Part shown: positions 51,883 to 64,000 of the stretch, one piece after another | Position numbering within the stretch: position 1 is the stretch's first letter | Layout: each line of letters begins with the position of its first letter | NCBI GenBank assembly: GCA_951406725.2 | Contig: OX597815.1 | Span: 37,014,001-37,078,000 of the forward strand | From: Octopus vulgaris | Taxonomy: Eukaryota | Direction: 5' to 3' | DNA length: 64,000 bases | Position numbers and translations under genes: made by a program | The notes under the pieces: generated by a model | What the model was told of the DNA's origin: nothing | Seen by the model: the letters and a program-made list of their open reading frames with translations, nothing else | Database searches by the model: none

Positions 51883-52620
51883 ACACACACACACACACAC
51901 GTATGTATGTATGTATGTATGTATGTATGTATGTGTATACATATTATTGTCGTTTATCACTAATACCGTTAGAAGAGAGATTAATATGAATTCAGATTTC
52001 ATTACCTGGTAGTAGTAGTAGTACTAGTAGGATGTCTATTGTTCGTTTAAGAAATGATTGCTAGTTAGTTACTAACGTTGTCTGACACTCTGGACACGAT
52101 CATAGTGTTAGACTACTGGCGATAGTAAAGATGCACCTTGTTACCGGCTGTTAGCTGTTTCTGGTCATATAACTCTTCTTGATTATGTCAAACAGGTTGT
52201 AGATAGGATCCATAGGTTGCTATAACTCACCACTTTAAGCAGCAGAAACTATGAATAATTAAGGAAAGCTTTATTAACTAACATTTCACACCACACTAGC
52301 CATTACTTCAGTGAATTCTAATCTACAATATCAAATTTGATACATTATTTACATATATATATATATATATTGATAGCGGCAAAAGTTATCCGACAGAAGT
52401 GTCTTAATATAAAATGTAATTATGATCAATTAATGAAAAAGATAACTAGAGGAACTTGATAGTTCACAAGTACACTTTTAAAATGATCGATAGATACTGG
52501 TATTTGTAATCATAACTGATAGAGATTGATAAACAGAATAAGAAAGAGAGAGAGAGAGAGAGAGGAGAAGAAGGGAGAGAAAGAGAGAGAAATGAAGGGA
52601 AAGGGGGGAGAGGGAAAGGG

Positions 52621-52654
<34 letters not shown>

Positions 52655-53297
52655 TTTTTTAAACACGTTGTTTTCAGCTGACGATTGTCAACGATCCTTT
52701 TGAGTAAATGATTTTTTTCTAGGATAGTTAAAAGAACATAGTAAGAAAGTAATGGAGATGAAATTGGAGGAAAATAATGTGGATTTCTTTGTTCACGATC
52801 TGAATGAACTTTTAAGTGCTCAATTTTGCTGCTGAATTTCTTTTACGTAAGCTACGTGACCTTTCTGTCTCTATTGAATCTGTGATACTGAAATGACTGT
52901 CAGTGATAAGTCAATAGAATGTATAAAAATCTTCGGAGTAGAGGTCCTCTAAGGCAAAACATAGGCATGAGTGACAACGTGTTTAATTTTATCTTATTCT
53001 CTGCTGTCGTTTTTCTGAATATCCATTCAGCTATTTTCTGAATTTTATTTAGTCATCCGATTGTAGTAGCTTACTGCAATTCTATTTGCAGACAGCCTTC
53101 AACTGACGATTGCAGAACAAACACACACTATTGTTTGTCTCTGTCCCCTTGCGTTCAAGTTCAGACTAAAAATAAACTTTAGCAATATTCGACCTGTATA
53201 CAATTTTAAATGAAGACTATAAAACAGTCTCAGGTTCGCATAAACTTTTATGTTATTGTGATCGTTTTGGAAGTAAATATCAAACAATTTAATAAAC

Positions 53298-53735
53298 TAT
53301 TGCTCATCCCATAAATAATGCAGTTTTTTCAATTGCATGAACTAAAAGTCGGAGGGGGACGGGATAAACTACCTGCATCAACTTGCTATAAAAGCAGGTA
53401 GTAATTTTACCTTGTCCTTATTCTTAGTGCAAGTTTTGAAGAGTGTAGTTCGATTTTAACAGTTATTTTTTCAAAGCTATAATGGAAGTGGTAAAGAGCA
53501 TATTCGGCATATTTTGCTTTATGAGCTCAATAAAGGCAACAACGCAATAGAAAGTGCGAGGAATATTAATGCAGTATATGGGAATCGGACAATAAGCGTA
53601 AGCCAGTGTGAACGGTGGTTCCAGAAATTCCGAGCCAGAAACTACAACCTAGAAGACGTGCCTCGTCCTGGAAGATCTGTAGAACTCGACGAGGACGTCC
53701 TGCAAACCTTGGTGGAACAAAATCCTATCGTAACT
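53298..53735 (+). mobile_element. mariner transposon 5' fragment (TIR + HTH region)
   Basis: HIRHILLYELNKGNNAIESARNINAVYG..CERWFQKFR..LEDVPRPGR. Confidence 0.85.
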
Positions 53736-54279
53736 ATGAGTCCCTTCTAATCACTCCCATTCTACTATGCGAAAGAAAACGCCCCACATTTCTCTTCAAT
53801 TTATAAAACTCATTCACAACTAGTACTACTTCCTTGAATGGATATCTCAAAACATTATTCAATGATCACATAACAACCTACATTCTTTCAATGGTATTAC
53901 GCACACTTACTCTTCTTATCTCAGAAACTGTCTTTCACCATGCTATTTCTACACATGAACAACTTGCAATGCAAACCGCTTGAGTTACTTAACCCACAAT
54001 CTAGGATGTTCTCTTATGACGTCTATATGACTTTCTAAACAGTATCTCAAAAGCTAGGTTTCCTGTTCAGGAGCAGAAAATGCTGTTCCTATACAAAGTT
54101 AAAGTAAGACCCTTATTAAAGTGCTACTCACATATCAGGGAAATGCTGCTACACCGATACGCACATACGAACATTATCGAATACATGAACAAATGCAGTT
54201 AATTAGAGATTCACTCATTAATTAGTTTTAATCATTGACTCACAGATACACTATCTTCATCATTTATCTTATAATCGTT

Positions 54280-54510
54280 TCAGTTATTAGACTGCTCCCA
54301 TACTGGGGATCAATCTTGAAGGGTTTTAGTCACACAAATCGACCCTATACTACGGGATTCTATACAATTTCATGTTTTAAATTCGCTTGCGTTGGTTGAT
54401 TCGAGGTTACTGTAGAAGACTCTTGCTCAATGTGCTATGCACTGGGATTGAGCTTGAAACCATGTAGTTGCAAAGCAAGCTTCTTAACTACACGACCATG
54501 CCTGCACCTG
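54280..54510 (-). mobile_element. Degraded SINE family A
   Basis: TTTCAG..CCATACTGGGG tail; CTTCTTAACTACACGACCATGCCTGCACCT head. Confidence 0.55.
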
Positions 54511-55104
54511 TACGAACACTATTTGTAAGTTTTCTACACTACTTCAAAAGCATCTGTGTCTTTGAACTGCAAGATCTTATCGATATACTCATATCTTCTG
54601 GTTTTGTTCCTCCTATTCTTTCTAAACATTTTCCAACCGATTCCCACTCAGAACTATGAACATCATCGATGTCACCTGTCTGGGAGAGTCTGCAAAGTGT
54701 CTTTCCTCACAGTAATTAGCGGTTTCAATAATTTAGTATAATAATATTTGTCAATACTTTGAACAGAATATAACAATAATGTAGTAATGTAACCAATACA
54801 TCTTTATTACTTCAGATGAAAGAAACAAATTGTTATAAATAGGAATTGAAAGAATGTTTACTAATTAAATACATGAATGTAACGTACACTTTATTTACTT
54901 CTGGAGTTGATTGGACCATAATATTGGTAGATGTTGAGATTGGACGAAGTATCTGAGATAGTAGAATATGAAATTAATTCTATTACGGTATTCGATTTCT
55001 GTCTAAAACTAATTTGCACAGTGTATAGTTAATAGTCTCAGGAAAGACACAGATTCTAAAACATTCCACTAAAATACGAAACAGTTGATTTTTGTCAGAA
55101 GACA

Positions 55105-55639
<535 letters not shown>

Positions 55640-55640
<1 letters not shown>

Positions 55641-56195
55641 GAGTGAGAGAGCAGTTCATGCCATCAAAGTGACACTGGCGTAAAATATACGAAGCCCAGT
55701 ATACCCATCATGACTAACCGTCTGATAAGGGTACACCAGGTACATGCATTACAACCATATGTGTGCGACATAGTGATCTCATATCAAGATAAATAGTACA
55801 TGACCTTGCAGGTGGGGCCCAGTTTGAATTTTCTTCTGGTCGAGTAACCCATCCCGCTCAAAAGGTCCCTGAAGAAGGGTTGTTTAAGGATGATGAACGA
55901 GACACCCGTGTTACCAGAGGTGACTTATTCAAACCCCAAAGAATTCCTCTCAACACATGGCTATGATGCTCCCCCACTACTTCTGCTCGTGATCAGAGAT
56001 GCACATATCGTCAGCCACGAAGAGACATTCTCAACTGGTTAAGGTCAAACAACTGACAAGCAAATCTGTGGTATTGAGCAGAATATTTGCTGTAGCCCAT
56101 CTTTTATACCAAGACAAAACAATGTACATGATAATACTTCCAATCAGTTAAGATCAGAAGCCACGAGAGCCACTGCCTGGTACAGCATCAGGGCT
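55640..56195 (-). mobile_element. Full-length non-autonomous (AAT)n-embedded element
   Basis: Sense GCCCTGATGC..CTGCTCTCTCACTC+(AAT)n. Confidence 0.8.
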
Positions 56196-56586
56196 TCCTC
56201 CTCCTCCTCTTCTTGTTCTTGTTCTTGTTCTTGTTCTTGTTCTTGTTCTTGTTGTTCTTGTTGTTCTTGTTCTTCTTGTTCTTCTTCGTGTTCTTCTTGT
56301 TCTTCTTGTTCTTCTTCGTGTTCTTCTTGTTCTTCTTGTACTTCTTGTTCTTCTTGTACTTCTTGTTCTTCTTGTACTTCTTGTTCTTGTTCTTGTTCTT
56401 CTTGTACTTCTTGTTCTTGTTCTTGTTCTTCTTGTTCTTCTTGTTCTTGTTCTTGTTCTTGTTCTTCTTGTTCTTCTTGTTCTTGTTCTTGTTCTTCTTG
56501 TTCTTCTTCTTCTTCTTCTTCTTCTTCTTCTTCTTCTTCTTCTTCTTCTTCTTCTTCTTCTTCTTCTTCTTCTTTTTTCTTCTTCT
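56196..56586. repeat. (CTTGTT)n/(CTT)n microsatellite
   Basis: Direct reading. Confidence 0.95.
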
Positions 56587-56644
56587 TAGTTGGCAGAATC
56601 GTTAGCACGCCAAGCGTTTAGTTTAGTTTAGTTTAGCATTCAGG

Positions 56645-57497
56645 ACCATTCTGACACGTCTACAATACCTTTTCCTAACTTCCTCTTTTATTGATTCGTG
56701 TTAAATCCCTTTACCTTCTTATATCCCAAGTCATTTATAGAAGCCTTCTTGGTCCAAGTCCTTGATGTATCATAACCAAGTTGGGTCATGGTATTAGACG
56801 TCAACCATCGTTTTTATCATGATATGTTGCCGTTCCAGCTTTACTTTGTATTTCAGTTGTTTTATATCTTTTGTTGTTTCTTCTTTTTCTTCATACTTGT
56901 TAGGTACTATGACTCTTTTTTGTATTTTCTAGCTCCCTTAAAGACAGAAAACCTCTTTTGTTCGTGTTTTGTGACTATTTGTATCAGTTTTCCTGCTTCT
57001 GTAGTTGGTATTTCTGTAATCCTATGGTGGCAATTTTGTAATAGTTTCCTAGCTGTATAAAGCCTCTACAACTTTTGATACATTGTATATGTAACTTTTC
57101 TATGTTTGATTTGGGGTGGTGCATCCTAAATCCTGTCATTTTTCTTGTTTTCTTGTCTATTTTGATTGGTTCATTTAGAGTCCAGTTAAGAACATTGTAG
57201 CTGGAACTCATAACTGGGGCGGCTGGAGTGTTGATACCTATTATCTTGTTTTTCGCATTGAGCTTTGTTTTCAGTATTAATGTAACGCGTCTATAGTATT
57301 CTTTTCTTATATTCTCTTTCATTTCTGTGTGTTGTATCGTATCTAGTTCATTGATTCCTAAGTATTTGTATGTCTGGCTTTAGTGTAATTCTCTTATTTC
57401 ATTTGCTTTGTCTAGTGTGATGTTGTTACTCTTAATTAATTTTCCTCTTTTCAAGGTTGCTTTGGCACATTTTTCTAAGCCAAATTTTATGTCTATG
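56645..57497 (-). mobile_element. R4/Dong RT fragment (same family as 48259-50472)
   Basis: MKENIRKEYYRRV..LNAKNKIIGINT..MHHPKS. Confidence 0.85.
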
Positions 57498-57519
57498 TTG
57501 TTGTTGTTGTTGTTATTTA

Positions 57520-57732
57520 AGCGGCGAGCTGGCAGAATCGTTAGCACTCCGAACAAAATGTTTGGAGGTATTTCTTCTGTCTATACGTTCGGAGTTCAAA
57601 TTCCGCCGAGGTCGGCTTTGCCTTTTAATCCTGTCGGGGTCATTGAAATAAGTACCAATTACGTGCTGGGGTCGATGTAATGGACACGCTTCAACTCCAA
57701 AATTTCAGGCCTTGTGCTTATAGTAGAAATGA
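57520..57732 (+). mobile_element. SINE family B
   Basis: Head, core and tail match. Confidence 0.85.
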
Positions 57733-57875
57733 TTCTTCTTCTTCTTCTTCACCTTCTTCTTCTTCTTCTTCTTCTTCTTCTTCTTCTTCTTCTTCTTCTT
57801 CTTCTTCTTCTTCTTCTTCTTCTTCTTCTTCTTCTTCTTCTTCTTCTTCTTCTTCTTCTTCTTCTTCTTCTTCTT

Positions 57876-58568
57876 TCAGTTTTGTTCACATGTCTTACCG
57901 AATGTCATCTTCACACCTAGGGAACAGAAACTCACCGTATATACTGGTAGGCCATTGGATTAAAATAAAGACAACAGATTGTTCATTTACAAAATCAAAT
58001 AAAAGTTATAGAGAAAATATTTACACGGATGGAAATCGTTCTCACAGCGACAATGCTCGTCTTAAGACGTGTGACGTACCTGTTAAAGCAATCTTTTGTA
58101 ATTCTTGTAGTGGTGGTAAGCCGTGGCTCATTCTCAAATTTTCAGTTCCTTTTTTGATAGTTCCTAGTGCCCCTACAATGACTTGTTTTATAAGCGCCTT
58201 GAGTTGCCATACGTTTTCACATTTCAATGAGCAAATCTTTACATTTCTTGAGTTTGTCAAATTCTTTGGCCGCGACATTATGATCACAACGGATATTCAT
58301 GTCGATCAATAAAGATATTTTATCATTTTGATTCTTACAACAATATCCGGTTTATTCGTTTTAATGGTTCTGAACTGGAAAATCCCAAGGAATCGTTACC
58401 TTTTCTCCTTCAAATACAGCCTCAGGGTGATGCTTATACCACTTGTCAACAGTTTTGATTTCATAATGGCGACATACCAAGTAGATATTGGCCAACTCTG
58501 TCACATCTTGATTTATACTCTACGCGCGCTAAAGCTTTACATCGACAGATTAAGTGGTCCTTATCATC
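57876..58568 (-). mobile_element. R4/Dong 3' fragment (third family)
   Basis: VIVGALGTIKK..LQELQKIALTGTSHVLRRAL; flanked by (CTT)n. Confidence 0.8.
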
Positions 58569-58777
58569 ACCTTCTTCTTCTTCTTCTTCTTCTTCTTCTT
58601 CTTCTTCTTCTTCTTCTTCTTCTTCTTCTTCTTCTTCTTCTTCTTCTTCTCCTCCTCCTCCTCCTCCTCCTCCTGTTCTTCTTCTTCTTCTTCTTCTTCT
58701 TCTTCTTCTTCTTCTTCTTCTTCTTCTTCTTCTTCTTCTTCTTCTTCTTCTTCTTCTTCTTCTTCTTCTTCTTCTTC

Positions 58778-58975
58778 GCTGGCAGAATCGTTAGCACGCC
58801 GAGCGAAATGCTTAGCGGTATTTCGCTCACCCGTCGCTTCATTATGCGTTCAAATTCTGCTGTGGTCGACTCTGTCTTTCATCCTTTCCAGGTCGATAAA
58901 ATAAGTACCAGCTGTGTACTGGGGTCAATATAATCGACTATTCCCTCCCCAAAATTGTGCATATAGTAGAAAAGT
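58778..58975 (+). mobile_element. SINE family B
   Basis: Head and core match. Confidence 0.8.
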
Positions 58976-59015
58976 TTTATTATTACTATTATTAATATTG
59001 TTGTTGTTGTTGTTG

Positions 59016-59065
<50 letters not shown>

Positions 59066-59067
59066 TA

Positions 59068-61325
59068 TTATCTTTGCACAGCTTCTAGCGCTGGAGATAT
59101 ACTACGGTGCCAGCAGTTCACTACTAGTGAACTAAGCTGTCACACCTTATTTTTCGAGCACCATCCGGAGTATTCGAGCGGTTCCAAGCAGTGCTGATAT
59201 TTGCAAGTGCTCCACCCTTACTGCAGCCCCTATTTGTCCATGTACTTCTCAAGAGTTTTACTCACTGTTCCCAGGCCTCCGAAAATTATTGGAACTGCTA
59301 CCACCTTTTTAAGCAACCACAACTGCTTAACCTCCCAAGTTAACCTGTCATGTCTATCAACTCTTCTTTCTTCTTTATCGCATACTGCTAGCTGGGCATG
59401 CTATATCGTTTGCTTTCTTTCTTAAGTTACACTATGTCTGGTTTCCTATTCCCTATCTCATGGTCGCACTGAATCATAAAATCCCATAGGATCTTTGCAT
59501 TATCATTTCCGATGATGCTCGTACCACTTTTTTCCTCTGTCAACTCCATACTTCTTGCAAAGTGTCCAGTGAACAAACCTTGATATATTGTCATGACGTC
59601 TCTTATATTCTTTCTGGGCTAGTGGCGTACATTGACTGTTAATATGCCATACGGTTTCACCATTTTGTCCACAAATTCTATCACTCTCTGATGAGTTGTC
59701 TATACTGTATTTGATGTAATCCGTTCTTAATGCTTGTTCTTGGGCAGCACAGATTAGAGTCTCCGTTTCCAGTTTTAAACTATGTTTAGTTATCCATAGC
59801 CATCTTTTTTCTCTGTCTGTCTTATCTTCAACATCCCTATGAAATTGTCCATACATTCTTTTCTTTATCCACCTATTTTCAGCTTCATTCATTCTCAAGT
59901 CTGTATACATTGCTTTCTTTACAATCTTACATCCTATACAAGCCTGACCTTCTTACTTCCAATAATAGTGGTTCTGTGGCATTTTTTACATACCATGCTA
60001 TGTTGTTTTCTTCTGCTCTAATGCTGTGTTTGCATCCAATCAGTCCTCTCCTCTCCCTGTTTTTCTTGGTACATACAGTCTGTCTATCACTTGGGTTGAG
60101 TATCCCATATCTAACCAGCAACTTCCTTGTCTTTCTGTCTAAGCTCTTTAATTCATCTACTGTCCATTTTGTCCACAAATTCTATCACTCTCTGATGAGT
60201 TGTCTATACTGTATTTGATGTAATCCGTTCTTAATGCTTGTTCTTGGGCAGCACAGATTAGAGTCTGCATAACTCTTTTTTTTTAAATCAACAACAATTG
60301 AAGCGGGGAAGATTTTTGTAAGCCATTCAAGGTTCCTTGAGTTGAATTTTGATTTTCAAGAGAAGTTTAAGGTGCTTGAAATATGCAGTGATGACCTTGT
60401 CTTTCATTTCTTTGTGTAAGATACTGTCCAGCTCCAGGATCCCAAGATACTTATACCCATCATCATCCGGGTCTTCCATTCTCTCTCTGTTTGGCAATTC
60501 TATGTCCCTACAATTTACCCTTTCCCCTCACTTAAAAGTAAGCACCGCACACTTCGAGATGCCAAATTCCATCCCTAAATCCTTGCTGCATATTTGCACA
60601 GTCTCAACCAGCCTCTCCTTTTCAGGCTCTGTTTTGCGAACAGTTTTAAATCATCCATGAAGAGAGAAGGTGGTTGAGACAAGGTCCGTTCTTTCTCAGC
60701 TCATAGTGCACGTTGATTTTGCGTAGGACTACAGAAAGTGGGATCAAGGCTATAACAAATAAAAGAGGTGAATAAGAGTCTCCTTGGAAGATACCTCATT
60801 TGATTGTTACCTCGGCTAAGTGATGGTTGTCACGGGAAAAACGTGTTTTCCAACAAGGCATGCTGTTCTTAATCAGTGCACATACGTTCTCAGCTATTTC
60901 CAAAATCCACGAATGCGGCAACATGTTGTAAACCTTTTTGAAGTCTATCCAGGCCATGCACAATTTTTTTGGTACCGTTTACAGTTCTTCATTATAACCT
61001 TGTTTATCACAAGATGGTCTTTGGTGCCCTTGGATCCTTTTCAGCATCCCTTTTGTTTTACTGGCAGTAGATTGTTTCCTGCAAGGAACATATATATTTT
61101 CCCTGCGAGGGCACTTTTTAATACTTTCCATAGGCGGTTAAGACAAGCAATGGGTTGATAATTGCCAACCTCATTGCTCTTTGACCAATCTTTCATTAAC
61201 AATGTTGTTCTTCCCTCTACCATCCACTCCAGAACTACACCACTCTGTAGGCAATTGTCTAATTGCAACGCAATTCTTCTTCTTCTTTTTCTTCTTCTTC
61301 TTCTTCTTCTTCTTCTTCTTCTTCT

Positions 61326-61372
<47 letters not shown>

Positions 61373-61398
61373 TTCTTCTTCTTCTTCTTCTTCTTCTT

Positions 61399-61450
<52 letters not shown>

Positions 61451-61463
61451 CACCACCACCACC

Positions 61464-61547
<84 letters not shown>

Positions 61548-62600
61548 GGCCATACATTTAAAACCACACTTAGTTACATCAACGTTGTTTTCTGTTTTTC
61601 CACAACGTCCGCTATTAGCCTTTCTCCTCATAACTACCTGACATTTTAGCCTTTGTTTCGTATTTGTTTCCTTTTTGCTTTCTTTGTAGCTGTTTGTATT
61701 AGCTTCCCATTGTTCTTTATTACTGAACTTTTTTTATACTCCAACCGTAAATATTTTGTTATAGTTTTCTAGTTGCATGAAACCGTTTGCTTTTTCTATT
61801 CATGGTAAGTATAATCGTATTTAAGATATTGGTTGGTGTATATTGTAAATATAGTTACTATTTTCCCAGTTTTCTGGCCAGTTTTACTAATTCTGTTAGC
61901 ATCTGCTTAAAAGTACTGTAATTATATCGTATGACTTGTAACTAAATAATAAAGAAAAATGTCAAGTGAGGTTATAAGCCAAGAAGAGAAAGTGGGTAAA
62001 GACTTATTTATAATGGAAAATGACTCTTGAAAATCAATTTGAATAGTTCCATGGAAAACTTGGAAGGATAATTGCTATAACTGCAAAGCAAGATGGTAAA
62101 GGAATGACATAGGAACAGGCTCCAAGGAAAGTATATTATGTGATACAGGAGATTACAGGGAGCTAAAGAAGAGATAAAACATGAAAAACGCAAAGTCGGG
62201 TAGAAAATAAAATTCTAACAAAAAATAATCTAGTATCAGTAGAAAAGGCTTTTGGAGAAATATTGAAAGGAAATTTTACCAACAACTGAAAATGAACATA
62301 AGGAAGATCATGTTCCAAATGCTGAAGCAGCGAGGAACGTTTGGTAATATATTTGGAACAAAGAATTTCAACACAACAACGAAAAGGACTGATTACAGGG
62401 ATTTCAGAGCGAAATGGAAAAGAAGCGAATGCAAATATTACAAAAGACACAGTAAAAAAGATACTTAAAAAGTTAACAAATTAGAAAGCTGCTGAATACG
62501 AAGGTTTATAACGAATCCGGTTTCAAAATCTCACAAGCGGTAGGAAACGGTAAGTTCATATAGAAAATGGAACAGCAACGAAGATGGCTAAAGAAACGAT
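59068..62600 (-). mobile_element. Long degraded R4/Dong LINE (fourth family) with internal microsatellite and duplication
   Basis: EWMVEGRTTLLMK..NYQPIACL; LETETLICAAQEQALRT; EYKRRHD; 3' end on (ATT)n; the part beyond 61550 is more degraded and may be a separate copy. Confidence 0.8.
61275..61548. repeat. (CTT)n(CTA)n(CCA)n(CTA)n microsatellite
   Basis: Direct reading. Confidence 0.95.
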
Positions 62601-62745
62601 AGTATTCAGACGGTGATTGTCAATTGTGAGTGCGTCGGACAAATAACTTGGCGGCGTTTGTTCCGCATCACACCAGCTGCCCCATGTTCATGCCACATTT
62701 CTGTGGCAAATTTAAAATGAATCCACACACTCTGCTAACATGCCA

Positions 62746-63155
62746 ATCATCATCACCTTCTTCTTCTTTTTCTTCTTCTTCTTCTTCTTCTTCTTCTTCT
62801 TCTTCTTCTTCTTCTTCTTCTTCTTCTTCTTCTTCTTCTTCTTCTTCTTCTTCTTCTTTATCTTCTTCAGCTTCTTCTTCTTCTTCTTCTTCTTCTTCTT
62901 CTTCTTCTTCTTCTTCTTCTTTTTCTTCTTTTTCTTCTTTTTCTTCTTCTTCTTCTTCTTCTTCTTCTTCTTCTTCTTCTTCTTCTTCTTCTCCTCCTCC
63001 TTCTCCTCCTTCTCCTCCTCCTCCTCCTCCTCCCCCTCCCCCTCCCCTCCTCCTCCTCCTCCTCCTCCTCCTCCTCCTCCTCCTCCTCCTTCTTCTTCTT
63101 CTTCTTCTTCTTCTTCTTCTTCTTCTTCTTCTTCTTCTTCTTCTTCTTCTTCTTC
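62746..63155. repeat. (CTT)n/(CCT)n microsatellite
   Basis: Direct reading. Confidence 0.95.
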
Positions 63156-63156
63156 C

Positions 63157-63830
63157 ACGCCGGAAATGCTTAGGTAGGTCTGTCTGAGATGCGTTGCGTG
63201 TGGAGCAACGAAACCGTACTGCACGCACACTTGCAATTTCCAGGAATTGTCGACTTGTGGAGTTAAGTGGAACAGCTATAGTCGCGTGGAAGGCGAATCC
63301 TACAATCGGCTGAGTCCATCGTGAGGATCGCTCCATCGCTCCGCAAGGCAGGGCAGTGGAGGGCAGGGTAGTGCTTCTCTGTCTAGTGGCTATGGTGAAA
63401 TGGAGTCTGTGGTGCACGAGGTCGAAAGAATTGAGGACAGCCACCTTCCTCCTCGGTAAAGCTCTCATCGACATTTTAAAGCTCCACCTGGAAAGGGAAG
63501 TAGAGATGGGGAAAGTAATCTTTCTCAACCAAGTTGTAAGTGACTGAAGCAAAATGGGCTGGGGTGAATGGACTTATTCCAAGCATGCGCCTGTAGGCTG
63601 GACGACAATAGTTTCGCTAGTGTTTGCGCCTTTGGTAGTAAGATTGGTCCTGGATATGAGGGGTTCCTTAAAAGGCTTCAGCTGGTGCTTTTCCTGTAGC
63701 AGGAGCACAGCATCCTATCTGTGGTTTAATATTTTTGTAAACTAGGTATTCTTTTATCACATTCGGATCTCGTTTCCATTTCTTCACCGTATCTTTTTTT
63801 TTTTTGTAAACTTCAATACAAGCTGTAAGG
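63157..63830 (+). mobile_element. Tx1-clade 3' fragment (diverged family)
   Basis: CLRCVACGATKP; EGRVVLLCLVAMVKWSLWCTR..LIDILKLHL. Confidence 0.7.
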
Positions 63831-63894
63831 TGTTCTTGTTATATCTTCTTCATTAGATACCCCTGAGGCAAATACAAGACATTGGTACCACGAC

Positions 63895-64000
63895 GACGAC
63901 GACCACCACCACCCCCACCATCATCACCGCCGCCGTCCAAGAATTTGGACCTATAGATCTCCATTTCCAGCGACTTCGAGGGTCACCTCCCAGTGGTGTC
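63895..64000 (+). mobile_element. Tx1 ORF1 fragment running off the window
   Basis: Matches 3331-3399 (GCCGTCCAAGAATTTGGACCT..CCATTTCCAGCGACTTCGAGGG). Confidence 0.75.

Noticed and set aside
52870-52919. Short hairpin TCTATTGA..TCAATAGA as a pre-miRNA
   Set aside because: Internal pairing too weak; no known seed recognised

Overview
Eukaryotic, AT-rich, repeat-saturated genomic DNA. The SINE families, microsatellite load and (TTAGGG)n fragment suggest an octopod cephalopod (inference from repeat content). No confident host gene is present, and most ORFs in the track are microsatellite or antisense artefacts. Main contents: (1) a young, compact (4.2 kb), GC-rich Ty3/gypsy-order LTR retrotransposon at 35295-39511, with a 5-bp TSD, a -1 frameshift signal and a non-canonical primer-binding site that is the exact complement of nt 1-12 of tRNA-Phe(GAA); (2) a dense cluster of R4/Dong-type restriction-like-endonuclease (RLE) LINEs and a non-tRNA non-autonomous element embedded in (AAT)n-type microsatellites at about 45-63 kb; (3) fragments of L1-Tx1, CR1-group, Penelope-like, Tc1/mariner, Helitron and MITE elements; (4) at least three tRNA-derived SINE families (labelled A, B, C here). 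Two of these share 3' tails with LINEs in the window, one with a Tx1-clade LINE, and family B forms multimers with a fixed junction. A few weak candidate host exons lie on the minus strand at 22-32 kb.
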